DNA of 63,947 nt, counting the filler, from Rhabdomonas costata (Eukaryota), in NCBI GenBank assembly GCA_019059605.1. It is 57 parts of 57 records of this genome, joined end to end, with 100 filler letters (N's around TTAATTAATTAA, not from the genome) between each part and the next. Parts side by side here need not be neighbours in the genome. Positions count along the whole stretch, not along the records: positions 13,492 to 14,515 come from JAHMHO010032870.1; positions 14,616 to 15,639 come from JAHMHO010032871.1; positions 15,740 to 16,764 come from JAHMHO010032872.1; positions 16,865 to 17,888 come from JAHMHO010032873.1; positions 17,989 to 19,012 come from JAHMHO010032874.1; positions 19,113 to 20,133 come from JAHMHO010032875.1; positions 20,234 to 21,257 come from JAHMHO010032876.1; positions 21,358 to 22,381 come from JAHMHO010032877.1; 49 more parts are not named here. One strand, given 5' to 3'. Below, piece after piece: positions 13,492 through 25,470 of this stretch (position 1 is the first letter of the stretch; the number at the start of each line of letters is the position of its first letter). Under the pieces are notes generated by a model. It saw only the letters and a list, made by a program, of their open reading frames with translations. It did no database searches and was not told the origin of the DNA. The position numbers were made by a program, and so were the translations under genes.

Positions 13492-14515
13492 GTTTTGGTG
13501 GTCAGGAGGCAGAGGCCGGCGCAGGCGACGGACCATATGCTGGGAGTCGGGTGCTTCGTCAGAGTCGGAGTCCGCGGGAACAGGGGGAACTGCAGCCCGC
13601 TTGGAGAAGACAGTGGCGTCAATATCATCATCTGGTGTCAGGGCGCGTCTGCGAAGCAAAGGGCGGTGTGGAGGGGAGCGGGATTCTGGAGAAGGGCTAA
13701 GCTGACGCCTCACTGGGTCGCCTTTCGTTGCTCGACCTTCAGGCCTTGCATTGCTTTTGTTGAGAGGGGGAAGCGCTGTGCGTGCCTCTGCCTTCTGGAA
13801 CACCACAACAGCCTCTTTTGCCGAAGGTGGCTCATTGGCGGCAGCGGGCTTCTCTTCCACTTTTGAAGGAACGAGGGCCGGCGGAGTGGGCGGAGGAGGA
13901 GGCGGGGGAGGATCCGGAATATCAGCACCTTCCTCGGATGACGGAAGCGGTGAGGGAGGATTGTAAAAATCGGGTGGAGGAGGCAACGGTTGCGTTGGGG
14001 AAGACCGGCTTTCTTTTTTAACTTTTCCTGAGCGGGTGGATGTAATCTCTGGGTGGACAGCTTTCGAGGGAGCCGGCTTGGGAGTTCGAGCCTTCGTGCG
14101 AGGAGCCGAAACTTTAGGAGGCGGAGCAGGGGGACGTTTTAAGACCTCGGTGGTGGCATTGGAGGTTGGCACTGCGGGCAACACCCCTTGCGAGCTCACG
14201 GGAACCCCATAAGGCATTACGTAGCCGGTCGATGCTGCACCCATGAACCAAGAAGGGTCCATGGCCATTGGGGAGACGACTCCGCTTGGGTCAACGGTGA
14301 CGGGAGACACCAAAGTATAGGTCTTTGGAGGGTTCACGAGATTACAGTAGTCCGCCAAAGGCATTCCCGCTGGAGTCGAGGACAGAGGAATAAAATTGTT
14401 TGTTGGGGCGCTGACTGTGGTGGCAGCAAGAGCGATTGTGGGCATTGAGCCTTCAACTGCTCCGGAGGGCAGAGCTGTTAACATCTGCGCCCCATCGGAA
14501 GACACCCAACAAACC
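13492..14515 (-). CDS. Long Pro/Ser-rich low-complexity coding exon, function unknown
   Basis: Stop-free frame across essentially the whole contig (~340 codons), with poly-Pro tracts (PPPPPPPPTPP) and PxxP motifs. Confidence 0.55.
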
Positions 14516-14762
14516 NNNNNNNNNNNNNNNNNNNNNNNNNNNNNNNNNNNNNNNNNNNNTTAATTAATTAANNNNNNNNNNNNNNNNNNNNNNNNNNNNN
14601 NNNNNNNNNNNNNNNGGGGGTGGGGAATGCCTCTGAAAACCGACGGTTTCAAAAGTCCCAAGGTGTGGAGGCCGGATTTGTTGGTGATATTTCATTGTGG
14701 GTTTTCTTTCTCTTTTTCGGTTGTTTTTTATCTTGATTCTTCGCCCGTGTGCTGCATCACAG

Positions 14763-15639
14763 GATATGGCCCGAAGTGCGATATCTGGTCCCTCGGTATG
14801 TGCTGTTGCGCTCACGCAGGGAGCCGCAGGGAGCGGGACAGGACAAAAAGACGGGAGGGGAGGAGGATTTCGAGCCGAAGTGGAGCATCATCGCTTCCTC
14901 TTTTAATTGAAAGAGTGTCGTTATCGGTCTTCTGATGTGCAAATGTGATGCTACGCATGTAATCATGGGCATCGCGGAGAGTGGGTGAGTGGGAATAGGT
15001 GTGTGTATGTGCCTGTTGGGGCGCTGTGTCAGGCTGCACTGTGGTGGAGATGCTGACGGGTCGGCCGCCCTGGCAGGAGTTCCGAACTATGTGGAGTGCG
15101 ATTTACTACATTGCCAACAGCAAGTCCCAGCCCACGGGCATCCCCGAGGACCTCACCGCGCCGTGCCGGTGAGTAGCTTTTTGCGGGCGGGGTGCAGGGA
15201 CCCATCGGTATTGCTTGGCAACCCGACTGGGAACATTGGAATGAACGGCTGGGCTGTACCAGATGTGGGCACTGCAAATGTGCAATGCTGAGAGTGCAGG
15301 GAGTATGGCAGCAGTCTCCCAAGCCAACCACTCATTCCCTCTGCCCGTGCTACCGCTTGTCTGGAGGTCCCTGTCATTGTTCGTCTCAGACGAGTGCGAT
15401 GCTCTGCTGCCGCTCGCATGCTCCTTGCATTGTATTCGCTGCTCCCAACCGATCACAGCGTCGCAACCCCACAGCCCCACCGCCGGATCATCACATGGGT
15501 TATGGTTGCGTCTCTTTGCAGGAACTTCCTGGACCAGTGCTTCCAGAGGGATGTCCGCGTCCGCCCCTCTGCCGCGGAGCTGCAGACCCACCCCTGGCTC
15601 ACTGAGGCCGCGGAGTCCTCGGGAAGCTCCCACACACAA
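14763..15639 (+). CDS. STE11/MAP3K-like Ser/Thr kinase C-lobe, 3 exons
   Basis: Exons 14763-14795, 15033-15168 and 15522-end splice in phase to GYGPKCDIWSLGCTVVEMLTGRPPW...RNFLDQCFQRDVRVRPSAAELQTHPWL (subdomains IX-XI). Confidence 0.9.
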
Positions 15640-16224
15640 NNNNNNNNNNNNNNNNNNNNNNNNNNNNNNNNNNNNNNNNNNNNTTAATTAATTAANNNNN
15701 NNNNNNNNNNNNNNNNNNNNNNNNNNNNNNNNNNNNNNNGTGTAGTAATCCATATATAATAAGATGAGAAAATTTAATTACTCACGTAACAGAATGCATT
15801 TATCAATGTCATTTAAAACTGTATATGTGTTTCCAATTTGTGAGCCAACTTCACATAAGTTTTTTTGTAAATATCATCTAATTTATGTTCAATATTATAA
15901 ATTTTTCAAGTGTTTCTCTGTAATGTTGATCTTGTAATGTTGTTCGATTTATATTTTGCTCCATTTCAAGAAGATCTTTTTGCGTTTTCGTTGTGTTTCT
16001 TCCGGATGCCGTTCATGCTGGTGATGGTGATGCTTCTGGACCCACCCCTCACCGCCACAACCCTGTCGTGCAGCACGGGGGAGGGCGGGTAGAGCAGATC
16101 CACACCTATGTCAGAACAGGCGCGAAAACATGGGGCTTGACGCCCCGGAGGAGCACGACGACCAGCACCGGCACGAGCACGAGCACCACGACCCACCCCA
16201 TGGTTGTGGCATTTCAAAGTTCAT

Positions 16225-16638
16225 TTATACTTTAGACAAACCGCATGTTGAAGTTAGTTTTATATTCACTCGAAACCATGCTGTAATTTGGGTTGAATAA
16301 TTTGTTGTAATTGTGCCTCCAAGCGTTGCACTTGGAAAGCTGGGATTAGATGTTATTTGTGTAACAGTGATGGCTGTAGCTGTTACGGTATAATTAGTCA
16401 TCATAGTAATTGAATCTGTATTATCAACATATGAAGGAATTGTTACATGCGCATTTTGAGCAACTCCAGAACCTCCCATACCACCACCAAAAGTACCGCA
16501 CATTTGAGAAAGTTCCTGCCTCATTAGTATTTAAGTCGTTGATGGTGTTTTATTAACCCATTTTGACAATGACGAACTGTATTTCAATAATTGACCATCA
16601 GATGCTCCACTAATTGAACAATCTAATAATGATGACAT
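16225..16638 (-). pseudogene. AT-rich virus-like ORF with a fibre-type repeat, interrupted by an in-frame TAA
   Basis: Reads MSSLLDCSISGASDGQLLKYSSSLSKWVNKTPSTT*ILMRQE...CGLSKV*, with TAA at 16533-16531. Codons end in A/T, unlike host exons. The next ATG abuts the stop (TAAATG). Confidence 0.4.
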
Positions 16639-19536
16639 ATATACACTGGTACAGCTGAATTTATGTCATCATTATTAGATTGTTCAATTAGTGGAGCATC
16701 TGATGGTCAATTATTGAAATACAGTTCGTCATTGTCAAAATGGGTTAATAAAACACCCCAACAANNNNNNNNNNNNNNNNNNNNNNNNNNNNNNNNNNNN
16801 NNNNNNNNTTAATTAATTAANNNNNNNNNNNNNNNNNNNNNNNNNNNNNNNNNNNNNNNNNNNNTGAATTATTTGGAGTTGTCACTCGGTTTTGGTGGAG
16901 GAGGAGGAGAAGGAGGAGCCTTTGAGAGAAAGGAAAGAAAGGAAAGAAATTGGACGCGTGGTCAAAGAACTTCATTGGAAATCCCGTCCAGCGTCTTTAA
17001 ATGCAGATGGTAATGCAGATGATCCTTCCTAAGTATATCAAGTCCAACCGGGGTGGCAAAGAAGTAGGTTGGTTGGAAATAGGGCTTTTGCCAAAGCTAA
17101 AGCGCGAATGGCTGCTTGGGAGTGGGCAGGTTTTTTTTGCTGTGGGGGATTTCCTTTGCTTGATTGCGTTTCTTGGGACCAGGGGCGTGACCCCCGACCT
17201 TCCTCTCGCAAGCTGGGTGCTCTGCGCAGCGAATCAGAAGGTAGTATGAGAGTGCTTTCGCTCTTCCGTTTGAGTTGCATTGAGTTGGCACGTTCCTGCA
17301 ATGTCCTTTGAACTGCTGCTGCCTCCGCAACAAGAACGCGGTGGAAACAGTGAAAGTGTGGCATATTGGACCACTTTGGAGTAGGTTTTCTTCTCCAGTT
17401 GTTGTCCCCTACCTTATTTGCCTTTCGTGCTTTGTTGGTCAATACGTCTACGCGCACTGTGTACGGTACATCCTCAATGGGAGGGTGGAGCTGGGATAAA
17501 TGCCCTCTCCCTATTTATACCCAAGTCAAGACCAGGTTTCATTTCTGAAAACAAAGTAACAGCACATGTGTGAACCGGAGCGTAGACGGAACAAGAAATC
17601 AGTGCTGCAACCTCCCCACGGGGATGCAGTCGTTTCGCGATGGTGCACGAACCGCTGTTTCTTCTTTGACTCAGAGACAGGTGTCTTTGCTAAGGAAAAA
17701 TGTCGACGAAAGCACAGACCCAGCAACTCTACCTTCCTCCTCACCGGCAGCAGCGAGGAAGGTGGGAGGGGCCCTCCACAAAGTTTAGCGATGATCAGAA
17801 AGAAGGCAATCAATTCCAACCCCAGGTCCTCCGCGGGTGAAGGAGCATAGGCCAAAAGCTGAAAATGGGGACGGCACCCACCACAAAANNNNNNNNNNNN
17901 NNNNNNNNNNNNNNNNNNNNNNNNNNNNNNNNTTAATTAATTAANNNNNNNNNNNNNNNNNNNNNNNNNNNNNNNNNNNNNNNNNNNNTGTGGTTTGGTA
18001 CCACGGGCACATAGTGGGTGTCGTAGTTCTTGTAATGGGTTTTCCCTTCGAGCTCATCCTTAACATAAAAAAACTTGGGGAGGACAGAGGCACAGAGGCA
18101 CAGAGGCACAAAGTTAGCTCGCTCTTCCATTGTTCCAGATGATGCCACACACATGTCGGTGCACTAGAAAGAAGAATGATAACAAAAGAACTCAGGACCA
18201 CAACTAAGGATTAAACACGAACCAGAACCCAGGAAGCAGCACCAGACCATATCTGTGGGCACGACGGGGTACACGTTGGAAGCCAGCACCCAGTTCAAAA
18301 CAACCGCACTGCATCCCCCGTGCTCGCCCTTGCAGTAGCACCGACATGCATACTCCGCGGACGGGGTGAAATACAGCCCTCGCCCAAAGAAGCCCGTGTC
18401 AGTGCTTTGCAGATCAGCATAGCCAGTTTCCAGAATCTTCGAAATCTACGGGTTGGGTGTGGAGTGGGGTGAGGTGGGGTGGGGTGGGAATCATCACCCG
18501 CAACTCTTACACTCGTCTTTCGAGCTGTTCTCATCATAACAACCAATGGGCACAGGCGAGACGCTAACCGTACACATGTTTCACAGCAGAATTCTTAAAA
18601 GATAGCATCTCATTTGCAATAACTTCAGCCCTTTTCGCAACTCTTCTAATCTCTCTCCCGTTACGTTCATTTACAGGGCAGCAAATGACTTACTACAAAC
18701 TGCGCGCATAAAGAAGTTTTTATTCCAACACAATCAGCCCCTCCCCCAGCAGTCATTCATTCTTGCGCAACCAGGGACCACGTCGTGTGATAAGGGAATG
18801 TGCGAAAGGCCTCAGAGCCCTGTGCAACCCCTCCTGGCGAACCCCTTACTCAGACTCATGCAGCCTTTGGTCGGGGATCGCTGGCTCCGAAGCGGGCCGT
18901 GACTTTTTGTCCGCCATCGTCGACACACATATAAACAGCTCACTGCCCTGCGCGCTACGCGGGACCTCAGTCACAGTCAATTTTTGAACGCGCGCGCGCA
19001 CACCCACACAAANNNNNNNNNNNNNNNNNNNNNNNNNNNNNNNNNNNNNNNNNNNNTTAATTAATTAANNNNNNNNNNNNNNNNNNNNNNNNNNNNNNNN
19101 NNNNNNNNNNNNGTTGTTGGGTGGGAGTGGTTGGCGGGAGGCGATGCATGTATCTGTCTTGCGTCTCAGAAAGCGAAATGGCAAAGATCGCACCAAGACT
19201 AAAGAAAGCGCTCACTGTCATCAAGGCGAACACTAGAAAAATGAATCTGTTCCTCCGAAAGAGTCTGTCTCCGCCTCTGCAATCCAAGCTAGACAAGTGT
19301 GTTTTCGTTACAACAATCGCAGGTTTTTGGCTTTCCTGCTCCTTTCCTTTTTTGCTGTGGTAAAAACTATGCCATTGAACAACTGCGCGTGTGCTGCATC
19401 TTCTGTGATGTGTTGGAGCCTACTTACTTCGTGGTTGGGGGAAATTTTATCTTGGGGGAAATTTTTTCCCTTGGGGAAAATTTATCACTTATTTCACCTG
19501 CTCTTGCAGGGAAGGCGATGGGGAGGACACACAAAC

Positions 19537-19792
19537 CTCCGCCATTGCTGTGAGGGTGGGGCAGCCCCGAGACAGCTGCGCGAGCTGCCCGAGCACGGAC
19601 AGCCGATCCTCCCTCGCCTTCGCCGGAGGCGTTGGGCTGCCCTCCCTCACCGCAGGAGAGGCGGCGTACACCGGGGTGACTGTGGCAGCGGTGAGCTGTG
19701 CGTGAAGCTCGGGAAAGGCATCCGTGGAGAGCCCCCCGCGGGTGGCTGAGGAGGGAGGGGTAACCCACGACGACAGCGACTCCTCCAGCTTG
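19537..19792 (-). CDS. Putative internal exon, unknown protein
   Basis: Pyrimidine-rich CAG acceptor and GAG|GTTTGT donor around an open frame KLEESLSSW...LSVLGQLAQLSRGCPTLTAMAE. Confidence 0.35.
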
Positions 19793-21870
19793 CTGAGGAG
19801 GAGATGTAGAGGAGAGACATTGGAGGAAGAGGAGGAGGATGCACAGGGCAAAAACCACCCCGTCCCCACGCTGGACGTTACAACACAGCTCAGCTCCTAA
19901 GATGTTCTTCTAAGATGTTCAGCGCTCTGCACGGAAGATGCCAGAATCGACCAGGGGTAAAAAAGACGGGGTGGGGATAAAGATTGCGCCGGGCGAAAGG
20001 ACCAACATGCAGCATTTCGAGAGGCCCGCTGCATACAAATAACCTGCTCCCGCTGCAGCGGTCGCCAACAAATAACCTACACCAAGGCCAAGCACACACA
20101 TGAACACACAATCGCAAAGAATTACAAACCCACNNNNNNNNNNNNNNNNNNNNNNNNNNNNNNNNNNNNNNNNNNNNTTAATTAATTAANNNNNNNNNNN
20201 NNNNNNNNNNNNNNNNNNNNNNNNNNNNNNNNNGTTTGTTGGTATAAGGCTCGGTTTTGGTTGCAACCGTGTACGGAACGCGGGGAAGGGGGTAGGAAAA
20301 GGATCGGCACCAGTATCCAAATGCCCCCCCACCCTTCTGGATGTCTTGGGCCAACCCGCCGTCCAAGATCCATGAAAGAGAAAGATGTCCTGTTTGACGG
20401 ATAGTGTTCTCATTATCTTATTGCAGGGGGTGAGGCGAAGCACGCCTACTCGGGGGGTCTGGGGGCCCCTCCCAGGAACTTACGTAGGTTTAGGAGGTGA
20501 TGCAAGGCAACAGGCGATCCGCTTGCGCTTACCCTTTTCGTTTCCGGGAGGGGGGGGGCATGTGGATAACTATGTTATTCACCCGTGCTCGTCGCACATC
20601 ACGCACAAACAACCGCGCCATCGCAATTTACTGCAAACATCAGTGCACCCGCTGGTGAAAACTGCCCCTCCTTTCACGACCGCGAGCGCCCTGCCGCAGC
20701 ATTACCCCACCTCAACCAAACCACCGCCCCCATTTACCCATCGCCCGTCACCTCGCACATCCCTTCTCAGAGTCCGTGGAACCGGACCCATCCTCCGATT
20801 TCTGGTGGGAAAGGCACTGAAAGTCGACATCACCGACCCTACCGATGCTAAGAACCCAACAAACGCAGGCGGAGTTGCTGACGATGACCCAACCACTCCG
20901 CCTAGCCAGTCACTTCAGTGACGCGTGAAATAAGTCCGCTGCTCATCTCAGAGTTCACCCCTTCCATCTTTTTTTATGGGAATGGCCCCCAACTGGGCGT
21001 GTGCGGGGGTCGTTCGCGCAGGAATCACACTCAGCTCGGCTCGGTGCACGCGGGCTTCCATATCACACTGCGGTGGTTCGAGGCCCACCTCCGCCATCGC
21101 AACCGCCGCAACTGCTCAGGTGTCGTCCCCCGCATACAATTTGTTGTGGTCCAACAGTTCTGGTCCCCCACATTTTCTATGTGCAAAATTAAAAGAAAAA
21201 GCTCCAGAGGGATCCACCGTGGGGATGGGTGTAACCAGACAGTTGGACCACAACACCNNNNNNNNNNNNNNNNNNNNNNNNNNNNNNNNNNNNNNNNNNN
21301 NTTAATTAATTAANNNNNNNNNNNNNNNNNNNNNNNNNNNNNNNNNNNNNNNNNNNNTTGTGGTTCGTGTTTGTGTGTGAGAGGGGGGTTCGTGGATCTC
21401 TGAACCATCCGATAGCTTTCCACCCCCAAACAGAAACCGCCGCAACGCACTGTTGCAGTGCCTGACCGGAACATTCCCCTCTGTTCAACGTGCTATTCGA
21501 CCGGTGGAAAGCTATCGGATGGTTCAGAGATCCACGAACCCCCCTCTCACACACAAACACGAACGTCAACAACCAGCGTCAGAGTCTTTGCCAAAGGACC
21601 AGCGGGTGCCAACCCAAAAAGTCCCACATCGTACAAAAGTTGGGGTACGATCTCCAGATCTCCAGAGTGTCCCGAACGAGAGACAGACAATGCGGTGTTT
21701 GGCTCACGTTTTGCCAGCATGTTCTTTTCGAATGCGCCTCCTTTGGAGAGGAAAAAAGTATTAACATACGAATTGTACTATGCGTGTGCTGACACGTGTG
21801 CTGAAAGCTTTGTTTCATCTTATCGGGTGGAAGGAAAGGAAAGCGAAAGCCGGCTCAGGGGGATGGGCAC

Positions 21871-22086
21871 CTGGGCGTTTGGGTTGGCACCCATCGAGAG
21901 TAGTATCTCAAGGGTTTCCGCGGTGGCCATGGCCACGGCCAGGTGAGCCCATGTGGTAGCCTCCGGCCCGTCCACCACATCGGTGGGTCTCACCACCCCA
22001 CTGGCCAGGCTGGGCCCCAGCAGAAGCATCGCGGCCTTGTCCTTGCCCTGCTGCAGGGCCACCGAGAAGGGCAACCAATCCAAACC
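21871..22086 (-). CDS. Ankyrin-repeat protein, internal exon
   Basis: 72-codon phase-0 exon GLDWLPFSVALQQGK...TTWAHLAVAMATAETLEILLSMGANPNAQ, bounded by CAG and GTGCCC. Confidence 0.8.
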
Positions 22087-23094
22087 CTGGGAAAGGGGGA
22101 GTGAACAACCACCTATACAATGCAGGGCAGCACAAAGCCACCGTGCAGGGGTGCGAGTGACTCTCTGAAAAAGCCCCGGTAAAGCAACTTAACCCAAATA
22201 CGCAGGAGGACATCTCACGAGGTGGAAGGGTTGCAAAAACCTTCATGACATCAGAACAGCATGGAAGCCCCTTCGGAGTGTTCCTTGCAGGGCATGAGAA
22301 CGGAGCCTACTATCTACCACCCGTCCACGTCCATTGTATAATGGTTCATTGCTGAGTCTGTTTTGTCCCCCCCCCACCACCNNNNNNNNNNNNNNNNNNN
22401 NNNNNNNNNNNNNNNNNNNNNNNNNTTAATTAATTAANNNNNNNNNNNNNNNNNNNNNNNNNNNNNNNNNNNNNNNNNNNNGTGGGGGTGGGCCAACGAA
22501 ACGACGCTGGGCAGCTGGAACATCTTTATCACTGTCTGAGTGATGCAGGGATATAAGGAAAGGTGATTTCCATGACCCTAGGATCCGGCCAGCCTGCCGC
22601 AGCTTGTCTGGATGCAGGACTGGGGTGGGCAGGATTGCTTTCGCAAATAAATTCATTTCTTTTGCTCCGTGGTTTTCATTTCTGAGTGAAACAAAGGTGC
22701 ATACCACAGAAAAAGTTGGATCAAGGAGGGGTGGGTGGAAGCGAAAGGACAAGAAAGTAAACAACGGCGGATGTCACCTCCCGGTCCAATACCGGCACCC
22801 CCCGTAAGCACCCCTGTATCTCCACAACGCTGGCACACTTATCCAGATTATCACAAAATAGTCTTTCTGCGATCCACCCGGTCGATGTGCCTTGACATAA
22901 GCGCCCGCTTTTTTATGAGGATGCTTTTCAAAGCGTACAGGTCCCCCAGCAGCTCTTCTGATTTCACAAACGATTCGTTCCCCGTTCAGTAAGGTGAGCC
23001 TAGAGGATGGGATGACTTTTTCCTACCAAACCTCTTTCAACATATTCATCTAACCCTATTCAGCAGCGGTTCTCCTGGCACACACACAACCGAC

Positions 23095-23302
23095 CTGCTT
23101 TTGCCAGGCCTTCAGAGGGGAGCGCCTTCGTCCGCGGTCCACGGCATGGTCGAACACGGACGCCCGGAAGGCGCTGGGCAGGCCACCCCCCAAGGCCGCC
23201 TCGGTCACCACCACACCATCTGAAAGTGCGCCCGTGGTGCCGCGGCTCAATGCAGCCAGGGAGCGAGCCTCCTCCTCGCGGTAGGCGGCCTGGCGGCGTC
23301 GG
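23095..23302 (-). CDS. Putative internal exon, unknown protein
   Basis: GC3-rich RRQAAYREEEARSLAALSRG...PLKAWQKQ between CAG and GTCGGT. Confidence 0.35.
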
Positions 23303-25443
23303 CTGGGCGGGGTGAGAAAACAAGAAAGAGAGAGAGTAGACCGCTGAAATGCGACGATAGCCCGCAGCTGAGCGCGGGACAACAGCGATGGGAAGCTCAT
23401 GAAGCTTGTGAACATACACACAATGACAGAATGACGCATTTTTCTGAGACCTTTTGTGGCGATATGCTACGGCTGCACCACACTCGACACTGTTTCCCAA
23501 CAAAANNNNNNNNNNNNNNNNNNNNNNNNNNNNNNNNNNNNNNNNNNNNTTAATTAATTAANNNNNNNNNNNNNNNNNNNNNNNNNNNNNNNNNNNNNNN
23601 NNNNNTGTTGGGTGTGGGTGGGTGGTACGGTGGCAGCGGCAGCTGGGCTTGAGGCTTGAGTCTGATGGGTGGTGGCCGTGGTGATGGGTCTGCGCTCCGC
23701 TGAGGTGAGGTGTACCTGCTGTATAGTTTCTGCGCTTCACGGTGCGTCTGTCCGCAATTGCACTGGACGGGCGGTTGGCAGTGTCATTTTTCTGAATACA
23801 AGCGGACGGCATTTGGGCCATGGTTTTCCGAGTTATGTCTCCATGTTGAGCAAGCCTTCTTCTCAGACTTATTCTGGAGCTTTCGGCAGCCCTGGTAAAC
23901 TTTCCCGCATGGACAGATTACCAGCCTTTTGACTTTGGTGTGGCAGTGATTGAAGAAGGAGCATACCAAGCGGGGTGAGCTGAGCGCGGGAAAGAATTGA
24001 CAGCAATTTGTTCGAAACGAACTGTAAGACGGACTGTAGACAAGCAAATCTCTTTTTTCCCACTTGACTCATTGCAGAGCTTTATTGTTCGGTGTTTTCG
24101 ATTGGTATCGTGACTTTCTTGGGGGAGAGGGTCTTTCCTACGCCTCGCTGTGAGTTTTGCCAAATAAAAACCGAAACGAGAGCAGGAGTGCAGAGGCAGC
24201 AGAGAGATGAAGCGACCCGGGGGAAAGCTGCCCGAGATCGACTTTAAGAAGATTAGAGTGGTACCTGTGTGTGATGGTCACGTGATTGAAAGGCGCTCGG
24301 GAGTTGTAGGGACCGACAGGATTTTCTTTTATTATCGACCGGGTTAAATTTTAGGTGTGCTTTTCCGTTCTCATTCTGTCTGATGCTGCCGTCATTCTGT
24401 GTCCGTTCTCTTTGTCGATGCTCTCAGTGAACTGGTCTCTGCTCAATTTCTCTGCCCTCTTGGCTCAGACCAATGACGACTGCGATCGCAACAGAGAGCT
24501 GCTCAGCCAGCCTACACTGTGGCCCTCCGCAGCCTCTGCGGCTTCCTCTTCTGCCTCCTCTTCTTCGTCGCCTGGCTCTGCCGCAATTCCGACTGGGCAC
24601 TGGAAGCGGTTCGTTCCCCACCCAACCCNNNNNNNNNNNNNNNNNNNNNNNNNNNNNNNNNNNNNNNNNNNNTTAATTAATTAANNNNNNNNNNNNNNNN
24701 NNNNNNNNNNNNNNNNNNNNNNNNNNNNTGTGTTGTGCCAGGATTTCTCCCTCGCAAGTAGTCCTTTTCTTTTTCTGGGTTTCCCATCCTCACGAGGTGA
24801 CCGAATTTCATTTGCATATGACAGGAGACTTTGGGATGTTTTCCCCGTCGGTGCAGGAGCAGTCGAAAGGCAACATATCCCTCCCTGCTCTGGTGATATC
24901 TCTCCTTGGGGGGTGATCTGTCGGAAGTGAATTGCAGTTTGGAACCTGCGGAGCATTTTAGTTTGTCGAATTGAGTAGACGTCGACATACTGCCTTGCAA
25001 AGAATGGCTTGGCTTCGTTCTGCTTTCTGATATCGGTCCTTAACGTTTCGTAGCCTTCAAAACACACAGCACGCTGAATATCACTCAATGTTTTTGACTG
25101 TGAGAAAATGAGGTCACCCAAGCTGTTTGTTTTGCGTATTGAATTGATTGTCACAAAAGCGGTTTGACTTCTTGCACGATGGCTTTTGTGGACAATTGGG
25201 CAGAAGGGGGGGGGACTTCTGTTCTGTCCACGCACGTCTTGTTCTTGCGCATGGGCATCAGCCAGTGAGTATTCTGAAGGGCATTCCTCTCAGTATCTGC
25301 CCCAGCGGTGCTGAAGCTCTTTGAATTGAAAACGTGGAATGAAAGGTACGGAATTGAAGAGATACTGATAGGGCACGAGAAAAGGCATAGAGAGTGAGCA
25401 ACCGCGTTGGTGGAGCGTTGCGCCCCTTCATATCCTGTTCTTG

Positions 25444-25470
25444 GTGTGTGTGTGTGTGTGTGTGTGTGTG
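25444..25470 (+). repeat. (GT)n microsatellite
   Basis: About 13 perfect GT units. Shorter (GT)/(CA) runs occur near 34881 and 55103. Confidence 0.9.

Noticed and set aside
16544..16757. Perfect 96-bp inverted repeat as a viral hairpin terminus
   Set aside because: It duplicates coding-like sequence and ends at the contig's C/A tail. The same geometry occurs on unrelated host contigs.
21363..21564. Perfect 62-bp inverted repeat as transposon TIRs
   Set aside because: Starts at the contig's G/T end with no flank or target-site duplication; likely template switching.
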